Shown: positions 1 to 9,137, counted from the stretch's first letter. The stretch: 39,445 nt of DNA from an uncultured Lentisphaerota bacterium (GCA_900320855.1 ONTV01000031.1:1-39445); one strand, 5' to 3'. Notes: generated from the letters alone by a model not told the origin. Translations and numbers: made by a program.

Positions 1-25
1 ATTTTTCCTGTCGCGGCGCGGCGTG

Positions 26-54
26 TTGACACGCTCGCGCGAATATGGTTTAAT
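26..54 (+). promoter_or_regulatory. sigma70-type promoter
   Basis: TTGACA (26-31), 17-nt spacer, TGnTTTAAT (-10 at 49-54), 14 nt before ATG 69. Confidence 0.7.
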
Positions 55-68
55 CCACCGACAAACAC

Positions 69-1172
69 ATGAACTCGGCATTTCTCATGGCATCGATCCT
101 CAATTGCTACGTCGGCTGCAACACGGGCTCGCCCGATCTGCAGGCCCTCCATGTCCTTTCGTGCGACACGGAGACGGGGCTGGCGAAAATCGTCCAGTCC
201 GTGAAGGGCATCCAGGGCACGACCTACTTCCAGCAGAGTCCCGACGGACGATGGCTCTACTCCGCCATCGGCGAGAAGCGCGACGCGAAGAGCGTCGGCA
301 CCGTCGTGCGCTTCCCGATTGGCCCGGACGGGCGGCTCGGCGAGGTGGAGCGTCTCGCCGAACTGCCGTGCGAGGCGCCGTGCCACGTCTCGCTGTCGCC
401 GGACGGGTCGCGCGTCTTCGCGGCGGCCTATCTCTCCGCGACGGTCGTCTCGCTCAAGGCGGACGGCTCGGACCTGAAGAGCTACGTCTTCCCGGACGAT
501 CACGTCGGCCCGAACCGCCTGCGCCAGAAGAAGGCCTATGCGCACTTCACGTTCCTGACGCCGGACGCCTCGCGGCTCGGCGCCATTGACCTCGGCTGCG
601 ACCGCATCCGCTTCTTCGACCCCGTGACGCTTCAGGTCGATCCGTCGCTCGAAATCACGTGCAATCCCGGCGACGGCCCGCGCCATGCCGTCTGGTCGAA
701 GGACGGGCGCTTCCTTTTCGTTCTCCACGAACTGGGCTCCAGCGTTGCGTCCTACGCCTTTGACGGGCGTTCGTTCACGAAGGTCGGCCAGTGGTCGATG
801 CTGCCGACGACGTTCAACCGCTGGGCGGCGGACGGTGAGACGCTGACGACGAAGGCGGCGGCGATCAAGCTGACGGCGGACGGCGCGGTTCTGCTGGCGT
901 CGAATCGCGGGCACGACTCGATTGCGCTCTTTTCGGTCGATGCCGCGACGGGGCGGCTTGCGTGCCGCAACGTCGCGAAGCTGACCGGGCAGTTCCCGCG
1001 CGACTTCGCGTTCCTGCCTGGCGAGCGGTTCGTGGTCGTCGGGCACAAGATGTCCGACGAGATCCAGGTCTACCGTTTCGACCGTGACGCCTCTGCGCTT
1101 GCGCCCGTGGGCGCGCCGATTCCCTGCTGGCGGCCGCTCTGCTTCGCGTTTGCCCGTCCGGCGGCGCGCTGA
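69..1172 (+). CDS. pgl: 6-phosphogluconolactonase-like 7-bladed beta-propeller lactonase
   Basis: Motifs PCHVSLSPDG, RQKKAYAH, DLGCD, GDGPRHAVW, SNRGHDSIA, GQFPRDF; alternative start at ATG 87. Confidence 0.85.
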   Translation: MNSAFLMASILNCYVGCNTGSPDLQALHVLSCDTETGLAKIVQSVKGIQGTTYFQQSPDGRWLYSAIGEKRDAKSVGTVVRFPIGPDGRLGEVERLAELPCEAPCHVSLSPDGSRVFAAAYLSATVVSLKADGSDLKSYVFPDDHVGPNRLRQKKAYAHFTFLTPDASRLGAIDLGCDRIRFFDPVTLQVDPSLEITCNPGDGPRHAVWSKDGRFLFVLHELGSSVASYAFDGRSFTKVGQWSMLPTTFNRWAADGETLTTKAAAIKLTADGAVLLASNRGHDSIALFSVDAATGRLACRNVAKLTGQFPRDFAFLPGERFVVVGHKMSDEIQVYRFDRDASALAPVGAPIPCWRPLCFAFARPAAR

Positions 1173-1195
1173 CCCTTCCGCTCGTGTCCGTTTCG

Positions 1196-1204
1196 TGGTA
1201 TAAT
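1196..1204 (+). promoter_or_regulatory. extended -10 promoter, likely leaderless
   Basis: TGGTATAAT, ending 8 nt before ATG 1213; no SD in between. Confidence 0.65.
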
Positions 1205-1212
1205 TCGTCCCC

Positions 1213-2127
1213 ATGAAAAGATTCTTCAGGTTTCTTTCCCTTGCCGCGCTCCTGTTCGCGGCTGGCTGTCTTTCCGCGCCGTCGTCGCGCGTCGCGATTC
1301 CCGCCGACCGCATCGGCGTCTGCAGCTGGAGCTGGCGGCTGCCGATGAAGGAGGTCGCCCGCGAGATGGCGGAGGCCGATGTGAAGGGCATCCACCTTGC
1401 GCTGGGGCCGTTCATCGCGCCGGACGAGCGGCATGGCGCGGCGGAGGACGCGGCGGCGCTCGCGTTCGTGAAGGAGAAGATCGCGAAGGGCGAGTGGGTT
1501 CTCATGTCCACGATGATCGGAACGGTCGGGGAGGACTACTCGACGCTTGAGACGATCCGCGAGACGGGCGGCATCGTGCCTGACCGCACGTGGGAGGCGA
1601 ACAAGAAGATCGTGACGGCGGGCGCGCGCCTGACGCAGGAGCTCGGCTGCCGGTACATGTCCACGCACGCGGGCTTCCTCGACGAGTCGAATCCGGCCGC
1701 GCTGAAGAAATACGTCCAGCGCGTGACGTGGATGCGTGACGAATGCCGGAAGTACGGCGTCGAGCTGATCCTCGAGTCGGGGCAGGAGACGGCCGAGGAC
1801 CTGGCCGCGTTCATGCCGCGCGTGCCCGGCGTCGGCATCAACTTCGACCCCGCGAATATGATCCTCTATGCGAAGGGGAAGCCGCGCGAGGCGGTGCGCG
1901 TCCTCGCGCCGTGGATCAAGCAAGTCCATGTCAAGGACGCGCGCGAGACGAAGAAGCCGGGAACGTGGGGCACGGAAGTCCCGTGGGGCGAGGGCGAAGT
2001 GGGCGGCGAGGCGTTCCTGGCGGACTTGGAGGCTTTGGGCTACAAGGGCAACTATGTCGTCGAGCGCGAGGCGGGCGACGACCGTCCGGGCGACATCCGG
2101 CGCGCCGTTCGGGCGCTGCGCCGCTAA
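1213..2127 (+). CDS. sugar phosphate isomerase/epimerase (xylose-isomerase-like TIM barrel), predicted lipoprotein
   Basis: LILESGQE, INFDPAN, HVKDA, VVERE metal-binding motifs; N-terminal signal with lipobox-like LFAAGC. Confidence 0.8.
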   Translation: MKRFFRFLSLAALLFAAGCLSAPSSRVAIPADRIGVCSWSWRLPMKEVAREMAEADVKGIHLALGPFIAPDERHGAAEDAAALAFVKEKIAKGEWVLMSTMIGTVGEDYSTLETIRETGGIVPDRTWEANKKIVTAGARLTQELGCRYMSTHAGFLDESNPAALKKYVQRVTWMRDECRKYGVELILESGQETAEDLAAFMPRVPGVGINFDPANMILYAKGKPREAVRVLAPWIKQVHVKDARETKKPGTWGTEVPWGEGEVGGEAFLADLEALGYKGNYVVEREAGDDRPGDIRRAVRALRR

Positions 2128-2167
2128 GGGCGGCCTTGTAACAGAACAGTAAACGAAGGGTTTTCCT

Positions 2168-3853
2168 ATGACGATTCGCGGTCTGATCGAGAAGTGGGCG
2201 GGCATTCAGCCGAATGCGAAGCTCTTCACCTACAACGAGGACAAGGTCTGGAAGACCCGCTCCTACGCGGCGTCCCTGAAGGGCGTCCGCGAGATTGCCG
2301 AGGGCTACGGCACGCGCTTCGGGCTGAAGCCGCGCGACGAGAACGCGGCGCTGATTCTGGCGAACTCGCCGACCTGGATCGAGTCGTACCTCGCGCAGGT
2401 CGGCACGGGCGTCTCGGTCGTGCCGATCGACCCGAAGCTCCACAACGAGGAGGTCGCCTACATCCTGAAGGACGCCGAGGTGCGCGTCGTGACGACCGGT
2501 CCCGAGCATCTCCGGATGATGATGCAGATCGCGAAGGAGCTTCCCTGCCTTCGGGCCGTCGTCGTCGTCGGGGGCGTCATCAACGCGGGGCAGAAGATCG
2601 ACGGGCGCGTCGAGGTCGTCGGCTATGAGAGCCTGCGCCTCGCGGGCGGCGGCGCGTGGTACGACGCCCACGTCGCCGAGCCGTCGGACATCGCGTCCAT
2701 CATCTACACGTCGGGCACGACGGGCAAGCCCAAGGGCGCGATGCTCACGCACGCGAACTTTATCGCCGACCTCGAAGGGGCCTACAAGCTCTTCGGCACC
2801 GTCACGAACAAGGACTCGTTCTTCGTCGTCCTCCCGCTTTTCCACGCCTTCTCGTTCTCGGCGAACTTCATCGCCTCGATGATGAAGGGCGCGTCGATGT
2901 GCTTCTGCCAATCGCTGCGCACCGTCGGGCAGGACATCCACGACCTCAAGCCGACCGTCATCTGCGCGGTGCCGCTCCTCGCGGAGAAGCTGCACGAGAA
3001 GATCGAGTCGGGGCTCGCGAAGTCGAAGCTCGCGCAGTTCCTCATGAAGATCGGGCTACGCGGGCCGGTCATGCACATGGTGAAGCTGAGACTCGGCGGA
3101 CGCCTGCGTTTCTTCATCACCGGCGGCGCGCCGTGCCCGCGTCCCGTGATGGAATGCTTCAAGCGCATCCACGTGCGCTTCCTCGAAGGCTACGGGCTGA
3201 CGGAATGCTCGCCGATCGTCTCGGTGTGTCCGCCCGAAGTCATCAAGATCGGCACGATCGGCCCGGCGATCGGCGGCATCGAGGTGCGCCTCGCCGATCC
3301 GAACGAGCAGGGCGTCGGCGAGATCCAGGTGAAGGGCCCGATTGTCATGCAGGGCTACTTCCACAATCCGGACGCGACGGCCGAGGCGTTCGAGGACGAC
3401 GGCAAGGGCGGTCTCTGGTTCCGCACGGGCGACCTCGCGTCGATGGACGAGGACGGCTTCATCACGATTCGCGGGCGCAAGAAGGCGCTGATCGTCAACC
3501 GCGAAGGCAAGAACATCTATCCGGAGGAGGTCGAGAACACGATCGCGAAGGAGCCGTGCATCTCGGACGTCGTCGTCGTCGGCTACACGCAGGGGGACGA
3601 TCCGGGCGAGAAGGTCGGCGCGATCATCTATCCGAACGAGGACTGGTTCAAGGATCGCAACGGCGGCACGTTGCCCGCGTGGGAGGACGTCGAGAAGTTC
3701 GCCATCAAGCACGCGCAGGAGCGCTGCGCGGAGCTCGCCGACTACAAGCGCGTGCGCAAGGTCGTCTGCGCGAAGGAGCCGCTCGTGCGCACGTCGATCG
3801 GCAAGGTCAAGCGCGTCGCCTACAAGGGCGCGCTGGACGAGGATGGGAAATAA
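2168..3853 (+). CDS. fadD: long-chain fatty-acid--CoA ligase (AMP-binding)
   Basis: IIYTSGTTGKPKG, GYGLTE, WFRTGD, GRKKALIVNREGKNIYPEEVE. Confidence 0.85.
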   Translation: MTIRGLIEKWAGIQPNAKLFTYNEDKVWKTRSYAASLKGVREIAEGYGTRFGLKPRDENAALILANSPTWIESYLAQVGTGVSVVPIDPKLHNEEVAYILKDAEVRVVTTGPEHLRMMMQIAKELPCLRAVVVVGGVINAGQKIDGRVEVVGYESLRLAGGGAWYDAHVAEPSDIASIIYTSGTTGKPKGAMLTHANFIADLEGAYKLFGTVTNKDSFFVVLPLFHAFSFSANFIASMMKGASMCFCQSLRTVGQDIHDLKPTVICAVPLLAEKLHEKIESGLAKSKLAQFLMKIGLRGPVMHMVKLRLGGRLRFFITGGAPCPRPVMECFKRIHVRFLEGYGLTECSPIVSVCPPEVIKIGTIGPAIGGIEVRLADPNEQGVGEIQVKGPIVMQGYFHNPDATAEAFEDDGKGGLWFRTGDLASMDEDGFITIRGRKKALIVNREGKNIYPEEVENTIAKEPCISDVVVVGYTQGDDPGEKVGAIIYPNEDWFKDRNGGTLPAWEDVEKFAIKHAQERCAELADYKRVRKVVCAKEPLVRTSIGKVKRVAYKGALDEDGK

Positions 3854-3936
3854 TCGAATGGTCGAATGATCGAATGATCGAATGATCGAATGAGCGAGTG
3901 AGCGAATGGGCGAGTGAATGATCGAGTGATTGGATG
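3853..3936 (+). repeat. degenerate octamer tandem array (ATCGAATG family)
   Basis: 10 units plus a half unit (atcgaatg, gtcgaatg, atcgaatg x3, agcgagtg, agcgaatg, ggcgagtg, aatg, atcgagtg, attggatg) filling the intergenic space. Confidence 0.9.
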
Positions 3937-4920
3937 AAAGAGAGTAATTTCTACCTCATCTGGCTGGAATGGCCGGAGTCGTGCTTCCGCGCGGACGCGG
4001 AAGCACTTCGGTTTCTGAAGACGCTTGTTCCGGTGGGCAGCTGCCTCGTGCGCGCGCGGAGCGAGGCCGCGTTCCTGAGCCAGCTGCCGCAGGCGACGCA
4101 TGTCGTGACGTGGCACTTCAAGAGAGAGTGGTTTGTCCGCGCGCCGAAGCTGAAGGTGCTGGCGACGCCGGGGGCCGGCCGCGAGCTCGTCGCGCTGGAG
4201 GCGCCGCCCGGCGTGACGCTGCACTTCGGGCGCTTTCACGGCGACATCATGTCCGAGTCGGTCGCGGCGTTCGTCCTCGCCTGGGCGCGCGGCTTCTTCG
4301 CCGTGCGCGACTACGCGGGCTATGGCGGCGCGCAGGCGACCGCCGTTCCGAACTGGCCGCGCGCGGAATTGAGCGACCGCTGCTTCACGGTCGCCGGCAC
4401 GAAGGCCGTGATCGTCGGCTACGGGCGCGTCGGCGGCGCAATCGGGCGGCGGCTGGAGTCGCTGGGCGTGTCCGTCCAGGGCTTCTCGCGGCGCAACCTC
4501 GGCGACCTCGACGCGGCGCTGAAGACGGCGGACTGGCTCGTCCTCGCGTTGCCGAGCGACACGGGGACGGACGGCTTCCTTTCGCGGACGCGGCTTCGGA
4601 AGCTGCCGAAGCGTGCGGTCGTCGTCAATGTCGGGCGCGGCAATGCGGTGGACGAGCCGGCGCTCGTCGAGGCGCTGCGGACGGGGCGGATTGCCGGTGC
4701 GTATCTCGACGTCTTTCTGTCCGAACCCGGCCCGCTGGAGAGGATTATTGGGCGTGGGAAGGTGGGAGCGTGGGAAGGTGGGGACAGGCCCCGAACAATC
4801 CTGGGGACAGACCCCCAGAGGTTGCCGCCGAATTTGATTCGAATGCCGCATGCGTCGGCGTTTTCGCGCGATTATCTGAAGCGTTGCTTTCAGGAGCTGA
4901 AGGATGACGGGTGTCTTTGA
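3934..4920 (+). CDS. D-isomer-specific 2-hydroxyacid dehydrogenase family protein
   Basis: IVGYGRVG Rossmann motif, VNVGRGNAVDE, GAYLDVFLSEP, MPHASA. Confidence 0.85.
   Translation: MKESNFYLIWLEWPESCFRADAEALRFLKTLVPVGSCLVRARSEAAFLSQLPQATHVVTWHFKREWFVRAPKLKVLATPGAGRELVALEAPPGVTLHFGRFHGDIMSESVAAFVLAWARGFFAVRDYAGYGGAQATAVPNWPRAELSDRCFTVAGTKAVIVGYGRVGGAIGRRLESLGVSVQGFSRRNLGDLDAALKTADWLVLALPSDTGTDGFLSRTRLRKLPKRAVVVNVGRGNAVDEPALVEALRTGRIAGAYLDVFLSEPGPLERIIGRGKVGAWEGGDRPRTILGTDPQRLPPNLIRMPHASAFSRDYLKRCFQELKDDGCL
4754..4818 (+). repeat. in-frame GTGGGAAN octamers plus two GGGGACAGNCCCC palindromes
   Basis: gtgggaag gtgggagc gtgggaag gtggggac; ggggacaggcccc (4780-4792) and ggggacagacccc (4803-4815). 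Confidence 0.75.
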
Positions 4921-5347
4921 GGCCAATTCCGTCGAGGAGACGTGGGCGCTTGCGCGGCAGTTTGCGGCCGAGCTGAAGCGGGGTGACGTCGTTTGCCTCG
5001 AAGGCGATCTGGGCGCGGGGAAGACGACGTTCACGCAGGGGCTCGCCGCCGCGCTTGGCGTCGCGGGGCGCGTGACGTCCCCGACCTTCTGCCTGGTGCA
5101 GGAGCATCGGAGAGTGGGAAAGTGGGAAAGTGGGAAGGTGCCACTCCTCCTCGTCCATATGGACCTCTATCGTCTGCGTGGCGAGGACGACGTGCTGGCG
5201 ATCGGATGGGAGGACTATTTGGCCGAAGGCGCGATTCTCGTCGTCGAGTGGCCGGAGCGGGCGGGCTCGCTCATTCCGCCGACGGCGAAGCATGTCGTCT
5301 TCACGCATCTGGACGGACACGAGCGCCGTCGCCTTGAGTTTGCGTAG
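4904..5347 (+). CDS. tsaE: tRNA threonylcarbamoyladenosine biosynthesis ATPase TsaE
   Basis: LEGDLGAGKTTF, VTSPTF, HMDLYRL, VVEWPE. Confidence 0.95.
   Translation: MTGVFEANSVEETWALARQFAAELKRGDVVCLEGDLGAGKTTFTQGLAAALGVAGRVTSPTFCLVQEHRRVGKWESGKVPLLLVHMDLYRLRGEDDVLAIGWEDYLAEGAILVVEWPERAGSLIPPTAKHVVFTHLDGHERRRLEFA
5114..5137 (+). repeat. three GTGGGAAR octamers in frame within tsaE
   Basis: gtgggaaa gtgggaaa gtgggaag = 24 bp, encoding VGKWESGK. Confidence 0.85.
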
Positions 5348-5398
5348 TGGGCGCCCACGGGCATTTCCCATTTTTGCTATAATACAGCGATACGATAT

Positions 5399-5440
5399 GT
5401 TTCACAGAACAGAAAGGAAGTTTCACAGAACAGAAAGGAA
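5399..5440 (+). repeat. perfect 21-bp tandem duplication in 5' leader
   Basis: gtttcacagaacagaaaggaa x2, downstream of a TGCTATAAT promoter box (5375-5383). Confidence 0.9.
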
Positions 5441-5447
5441 AAATCGG

Positions 5448-6680
5448 ATGACCATGAAGAAGACACTCCTCCTCTCCGCGTTGGCGGCGGCGCTTGCTGG
5501 CTGCTGCACGGCCAAGGGCCCCAAGGATTCGGGCACGACGTTCGCGCGAGACGCGCTCCAGCCCTACGTGGACTCCGGCGAACTGCCGGGTGCGATCAAC
5601 GTCTTCTACAAGGACGGCGTGCAGGAGACGTGCGCGATCGGCTATGCGGACGTCGCGGCGAAGCGCAAGATCACGCTGGACGACGTCTATATGCAGTGCT
5701 CTCAGACGAAGGGCTTCTGCGGCGTGACGATCGCGAAGCTCGTGGAGGAAGGGAAGATCTCGCTGGACGACCCCGTCTCGAAATACCTCCCCGAATTCAA
5801 GACGCTGTGGATCAAGTCGTCCGAGTCGAACGGCGTGCGGACGCTCGTGAAGGCGAAGAACATCCTCACGGTCCGCATGGTGCTGAACCACACGGGCGGC
5901 TTCCCGTTCGAGATCTGCGCGAAGCAGGGCAACATCAGGGGCGGCGGCTGGTCGGGCGGCGCGCCGCTTCGCCAGACGGCGGCGATCGCGGCGGCCTCGC
6001 CGCTCCTGTTCGAGCCGGGCACGAAGGTGCAGTACTCGAACACGGGCATCGACATCGGCGCGGCGGTCGTCGAGGTCGTGACGGGGATGCACTGGGAGGA
6101 CTACCTCCAGCAGACGGTGCTGGATCCGCTCGGCATGAAGGACACGACGTTCTGGCCGACGGACGAGCAGCTCTCCCACCTCGTCGAGAGCTACACCTGC
6201 CAGAAGGGCCAGCCGGCGAAGTACCTCTACGAGCACGCGATGGAGCAGCGGCCCTACAACGACCGTGGCCGCATCTTCGCCTCGGCGGGTGCGGGCCTCT
6301 GGACGACGGCGAACGACCAGCTCAAGTTCTACAAGATGCTCATGAACCTCGGCGTCGGCGACAACGGCGTGCGGATTCTCAAGGAGGAGACGGTCAAGTC
6401 GATTCTCGCGGTCTCGACGCGCCCGGCGGGGTTCAACGGCTACTCGCTCGGCCTGACCGCGCCGGTGAAGGACGGGGATGCCCAGTGGTTCGGCCACGGC
6501 GGCGCGTGGGGCACGAACTGCATGGTCAACTGGCACCGCAAGGAGCTGAAGCTCTGGGCCGTGCAGCTCGAGGGCTCGCCGCGTCCGTGGGACAAGGCGC
6601 GCGGCGAGGCCGAGAAGAAGTTCTTCCAGTACGTGATCGACAATTCGGGCGTCAACGCCTACACGGGGCGCGTGAAGTAA
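5448..6680 (+). CDS. serine hydrolase (beta-lactamase class C/esterase family) lipoprotein
   Basis: SxxK (SQTK), LNHTGG, YSN, FGHGG; lipobox LAGC; start trimmed from ORF 5130 to ATG 5448 (or 5454). Confidence 0.85.
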   Translation: MTMKKTLLLSALAAALAGCCTAKGPKDSGTTFARDALQPYVDSGELPGAINVFYKDGVQETCAIGYADVAAKRKITLDDVYMQCSQTKGFCGVTIAKLVEEGKISLDDPVSKYLPEFKTLWIKSSESNGVRTLVKAKNILTVRMVLNHTGGFPFEICAKQGNIRGGGWSGGAPLRQTAAIAAASPLLFEPGTKVQYSNTGIDIGAAVVEVVTGMHWEDYLQQTVLDPLGMKDTTFWPTDEQLSHLVESYTCQKGQPAKYLYEHAMEQRPYNDRGRIFASAGAGLWTTANDQLKFYKMLMNLGVGDNGVRILKEETVKSILAVSTRPAGFNGYSLGLTAPVKDGDAQWFGHGGAWGTNCMVNWHRKELKLWAVQLEGSPRPWDKARGEAEKKFFQYVIDNSGVNAYTGRVK

Positions 6681-6713
6681 GCGCACGAATCCAGGGAGAG
6701 AAAGAGACAGGCG

Positions 6714-8021
6714 ATGTTTGAGGGAACGGTTTTCGGGCGGCTCGACCAGAAGCTGCAGCAGGCGATCTCGGAGGCGGGCTACGCGAAGCCGACGCCGATT
6801 CAGGCGCAGGCGATCCCGCATCTGCTGGACGGGCGCGACCTGATCGGCATCGCCCAGACGGGCACGGGGAAGACGGCGGCGTTCATGCTGCCGATCCTGA
6901 ACCACCTCGTCAAGGTGCGCCGTCCGCGCCACATCGGCCACCCGCGTGCCCTCATCCTCTCGCCGACGCGCGAGCTCGCCGCGCAGACGGCGGAGAACGT
7001 GCGGAAGTACGCCAAGCACGCGAGCCTGCCGTTCGCGTGCGTCTTCGGCGGCGTCTCGCAGTTCGGCCAGGTCAAGGACGTCAAGAAGGGCGCGGAGATC
7101 GTGATCGCCTGCCCCGGCCGGCTCATCGACCTCATGACGCAGGGCATCCTCTACCTCGACCAGGTGGAGTGCTTCGTCCTTGACGAGGCCGACCGCATGC
7201 TCGACATGGGCTTTCTGCCCGACATCAAGCGCATCATCTCGAAGCTCCCGAAGGCGCGCGAGTCGCTCTTCTTCTCCGCGACGATGTCGCCGGCGATCGC
7301 GAAGCTCGCGGGCGAGCTCGTGACGGATCCGGTGAAGGTCGAGATCTCGCCCGAGACGCCGACCGTCGAGAAGATCAACCAGAAGGTGATGTTCGTCGAG
7401 AAGTCGAACAAGGACTCGCTGCTCATCCACCTCCTGAAGACGCATCCGGAGTGGGCGAAGGTCATCGTCTTCACGAAGATGCGCCATGGGGCGGACCGCA
7501 TCGTCAAGAAGCTCCTGAAGGCGGAGATCCCCTGCGCGGCGATCCACTCCGACAAGACGCAGAACCAGCGCACGCGCGCGCTGGACGGCTTCCGCAAGGG
7601 GCAGGTGCGCGTCCTCGTCGCGACGGACATCGCAAGTCGCGGCATCGACGTGCCCGACGTCGCGTGCGTCATCAACATGGAGCTTCCGCTCGAGACGGAG
7701 AGCTACGTCCATCGCATCGGCCGCACGGCGCGCGCCGGCGAGTCGGGCGCGGCGATTTCGTTCGTGACGGTCGAGGAGCGCGGCCAGCTCAAGGCCGTCG
7801 AGCGCCTCATCAAGAAGACGATTCCCGTCGACCGCGACCATCCCTATCACTCGGACGTCGCCGACCGGAAGACGGGCCATCAGGGCGAGGGGCTTCCCCA
7901 GGCGCCGTGGGTGCATCCCGCGAACCGGAACCGCAACAACCGCAAGCGGCAGGGCCACACGGGCTACCAGGGCCGCCGCCAGCCCGACTTCGGCCAGAAG
8001 AGGCGTCCGCCGGACCGGTAG
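6714..8021 (+). CDS. rhlE: DEAD-box RNA helicase (RhlE-like)
   Basis: AQTGTGKT, PTRELA, LDEADRMLDMGF, SAT, HRIGRTARAG; basic C-terminal tail. Confidence 0.9.
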   Translation: MFEGTVFGRLDQKLQQAISEAGYAKPTPIQAQAIPHLLDGRDLIGIAQTGTGKTAAFMLPILNHLVKVRRPRHIGHPRALILSPTRELAAQTAENVRKYAKHASLPFACVFGGVSQFGQVKDVKKGAEIVIACPGRLIDLMTQGILYLDQVECFVLDEADRMLDMGFLPDIKRIISKLPKARESLFFSATMSPAIAKLAGELVTDPVKVEISPETPTVEKINQKVMFVEKSNKDSLLIHLLKTHPEWAKVIVFTKMRHGADRIVKKLLKAEIPCAAIHSDKTQNQRTRALDGFRKGQVRVLVATDIASRGIDVPDVACVINMELPLETESYVHRIGRTARAGESGAAISFVTVEERGQLKAVERLIKKTIPVDRDHPYHSDVADRKTGHQGEGLPQAPWVHPANRNRNNRKRQGHTGYQGRRQPDFGQKRRPPDR

Positions 8022-8030
8022 TCCCGCCGC

Positions 8031-9068
8031 CTAGTTCGCGTAGTGGCGGACGAGGGTCTCGTAGTCGTCGGCCTGCGCTTCCATCGACTCGACCATCTTG
8101 AACTGCGTGCGGCAGCGCACGAGGTTGTGGTCGTCGTAGGCCGTGCGGAAGTAGGTGTCTCCCGCCAGGTAGTCGGTGAGGAAGCGGATGCCGATCGTGA
8201 GCGTGATGAGCCGCCCTGCAAACGCGAGGTTCGCCTTCTCGGCCTCGGTCAGGAACTTCGCGCCCGCGAGATAGCCCTTGACGAGGGCCTCGAAGTACTC
8301 CTTCTTGGAATAGACCTTCGAGAGGTCTTTCTCGTCTTCGGCGGCAGCGGCGGACGACGTGCGCACCATGTCGCCGAAGTCGTAGAGCGCCGAGCCGGGC
8401 ATCGTCGTGTCGAGGTCGATGACGACGCTCGTGCCGTCCGGCGCGAGCATGACGTTGTTGATCTTCGTGTCGTTGTGCGTGACACGTTCGGGGATCTCGC
8501 CGCTGCGCATCATCGTCACGATCTTCGCGGCCTCTTCGCGACGCCTGTCAATGAACGCGAGCTCGGCGGCGACCTTCGCCTTGCGGCCCTTCACGTCCGC
8601 TGCCGACGCCGCGTCCAGAAGGCGCAGGCGGTCGACCGTGTCATGGAACTTCGGGATGATCTCGCCGAGGCGCGGCGCGGGCAGGTCGGCGAGGTCGTTC
8701 TGGAACTTCGCGAACGCGCCCGCCGCGAGCTCGGCCTGCGCGGGGCTCGTGATGAGATCGACGGACGTGTAGCCCTCGAGGAACGCATAGACGCGCCAGG
8801 GGTTCTCGTAGGCGACCACGTCCAGCGACTTGATGCCCTTCGCCTGGAGGTGGCGCGTCACGCGCAGGATGTTGCTCTTCAGGAGGTCGGGCGGAAAGAT
8901 GTCCGTGTTGACGCGCTGGAGGATGAAGCGCGTGCCGCGCGCCGTCTCGACCTTGAACGTGTCGTTGATGTGCCCCGAGCCGTAGCGCGCGACGTCCGTG
9001 ACGCCGTCGATGCCCATCAGGGCGAGCGCGTCGTGAAGTTCTTCCTGCGAATAGGTGCGGTTTGACAT
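8031..9068 (-). CDS. aminoglycoside-phosphotransferase-fold sugar kinase (N-acetylhexosamine 1-kinase-like)
   Basis: GSGHINDTF, LQRVN, THNDTKINN, IDLDTTMPG, YDFGD, RFLTDYLAGDTYF; GGAGGA SD upstream of ATG 9068. Confidence 0.85.
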   Translation of the reverse strand: MSNRTYSQEELHDALALMGIDGVTDVARYGSGHINDTFKVETARGTRFILQRVNTDIFPPDLLKSNILRVTRHLQAKGIKSLDVVAYENPWRVYAFLEGYTSVDLITSPAQAELAAGAFAKFQNDLADLPAPRLGEIIPKFHDTVDRLRLLDAASAADVKGRKAKVAAELAFIDRRREEAAKIVTMMRSGEIPERVTHNDTKINNVMLAPDGTSVVIDLDTTMPGSALYDFGDMVRTSSAAAAEDEKDLSKVYSKKEYFEALVKGYLAGAKFLTEAEKANLAFAGRLITLTIGIRFLTDYLAGDTYFRTAYDDHNLVRCRTQFKMVESMEAQADDYETLVRHYAN

Positions 9069-9099
9069 GGAATCGTCCTCCTTTGTTTGTCGAATTTGA

Positions 9100-9137
9100 A
9101 TTATAGCAAAATTCGCGGCGGCGATTTGTGGTATACT
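9100..9137. promoter_or_regulatory. back-to-back divergent extended -10 promoters
   Basis: TGCTATAAT on - strand (9108-9100) and TGGTATACT on + strand (9129-9137). Confidence 0.65.

Noticed and set aside
5130-5447. N-terminal extensions in the ORF track (also 11409, 16556, 17567, 18074, 19627, 20244, 23124, 26127)
   Set aside because: They overlap upstream genes or promoters; homology, signal peptides and RBS/promoter positions support later starts.
5448-6680. Beta-lactamase resistance gene
   Set aside because: SxxK/YxN are shared across the serine hydrolase family; HGG replaces KTG; no mobile context.
8031-9068. Aminoglycoside resistance kinase
   Set aside because: Motifs match the NahK-like sugar kinase branch of the fold.
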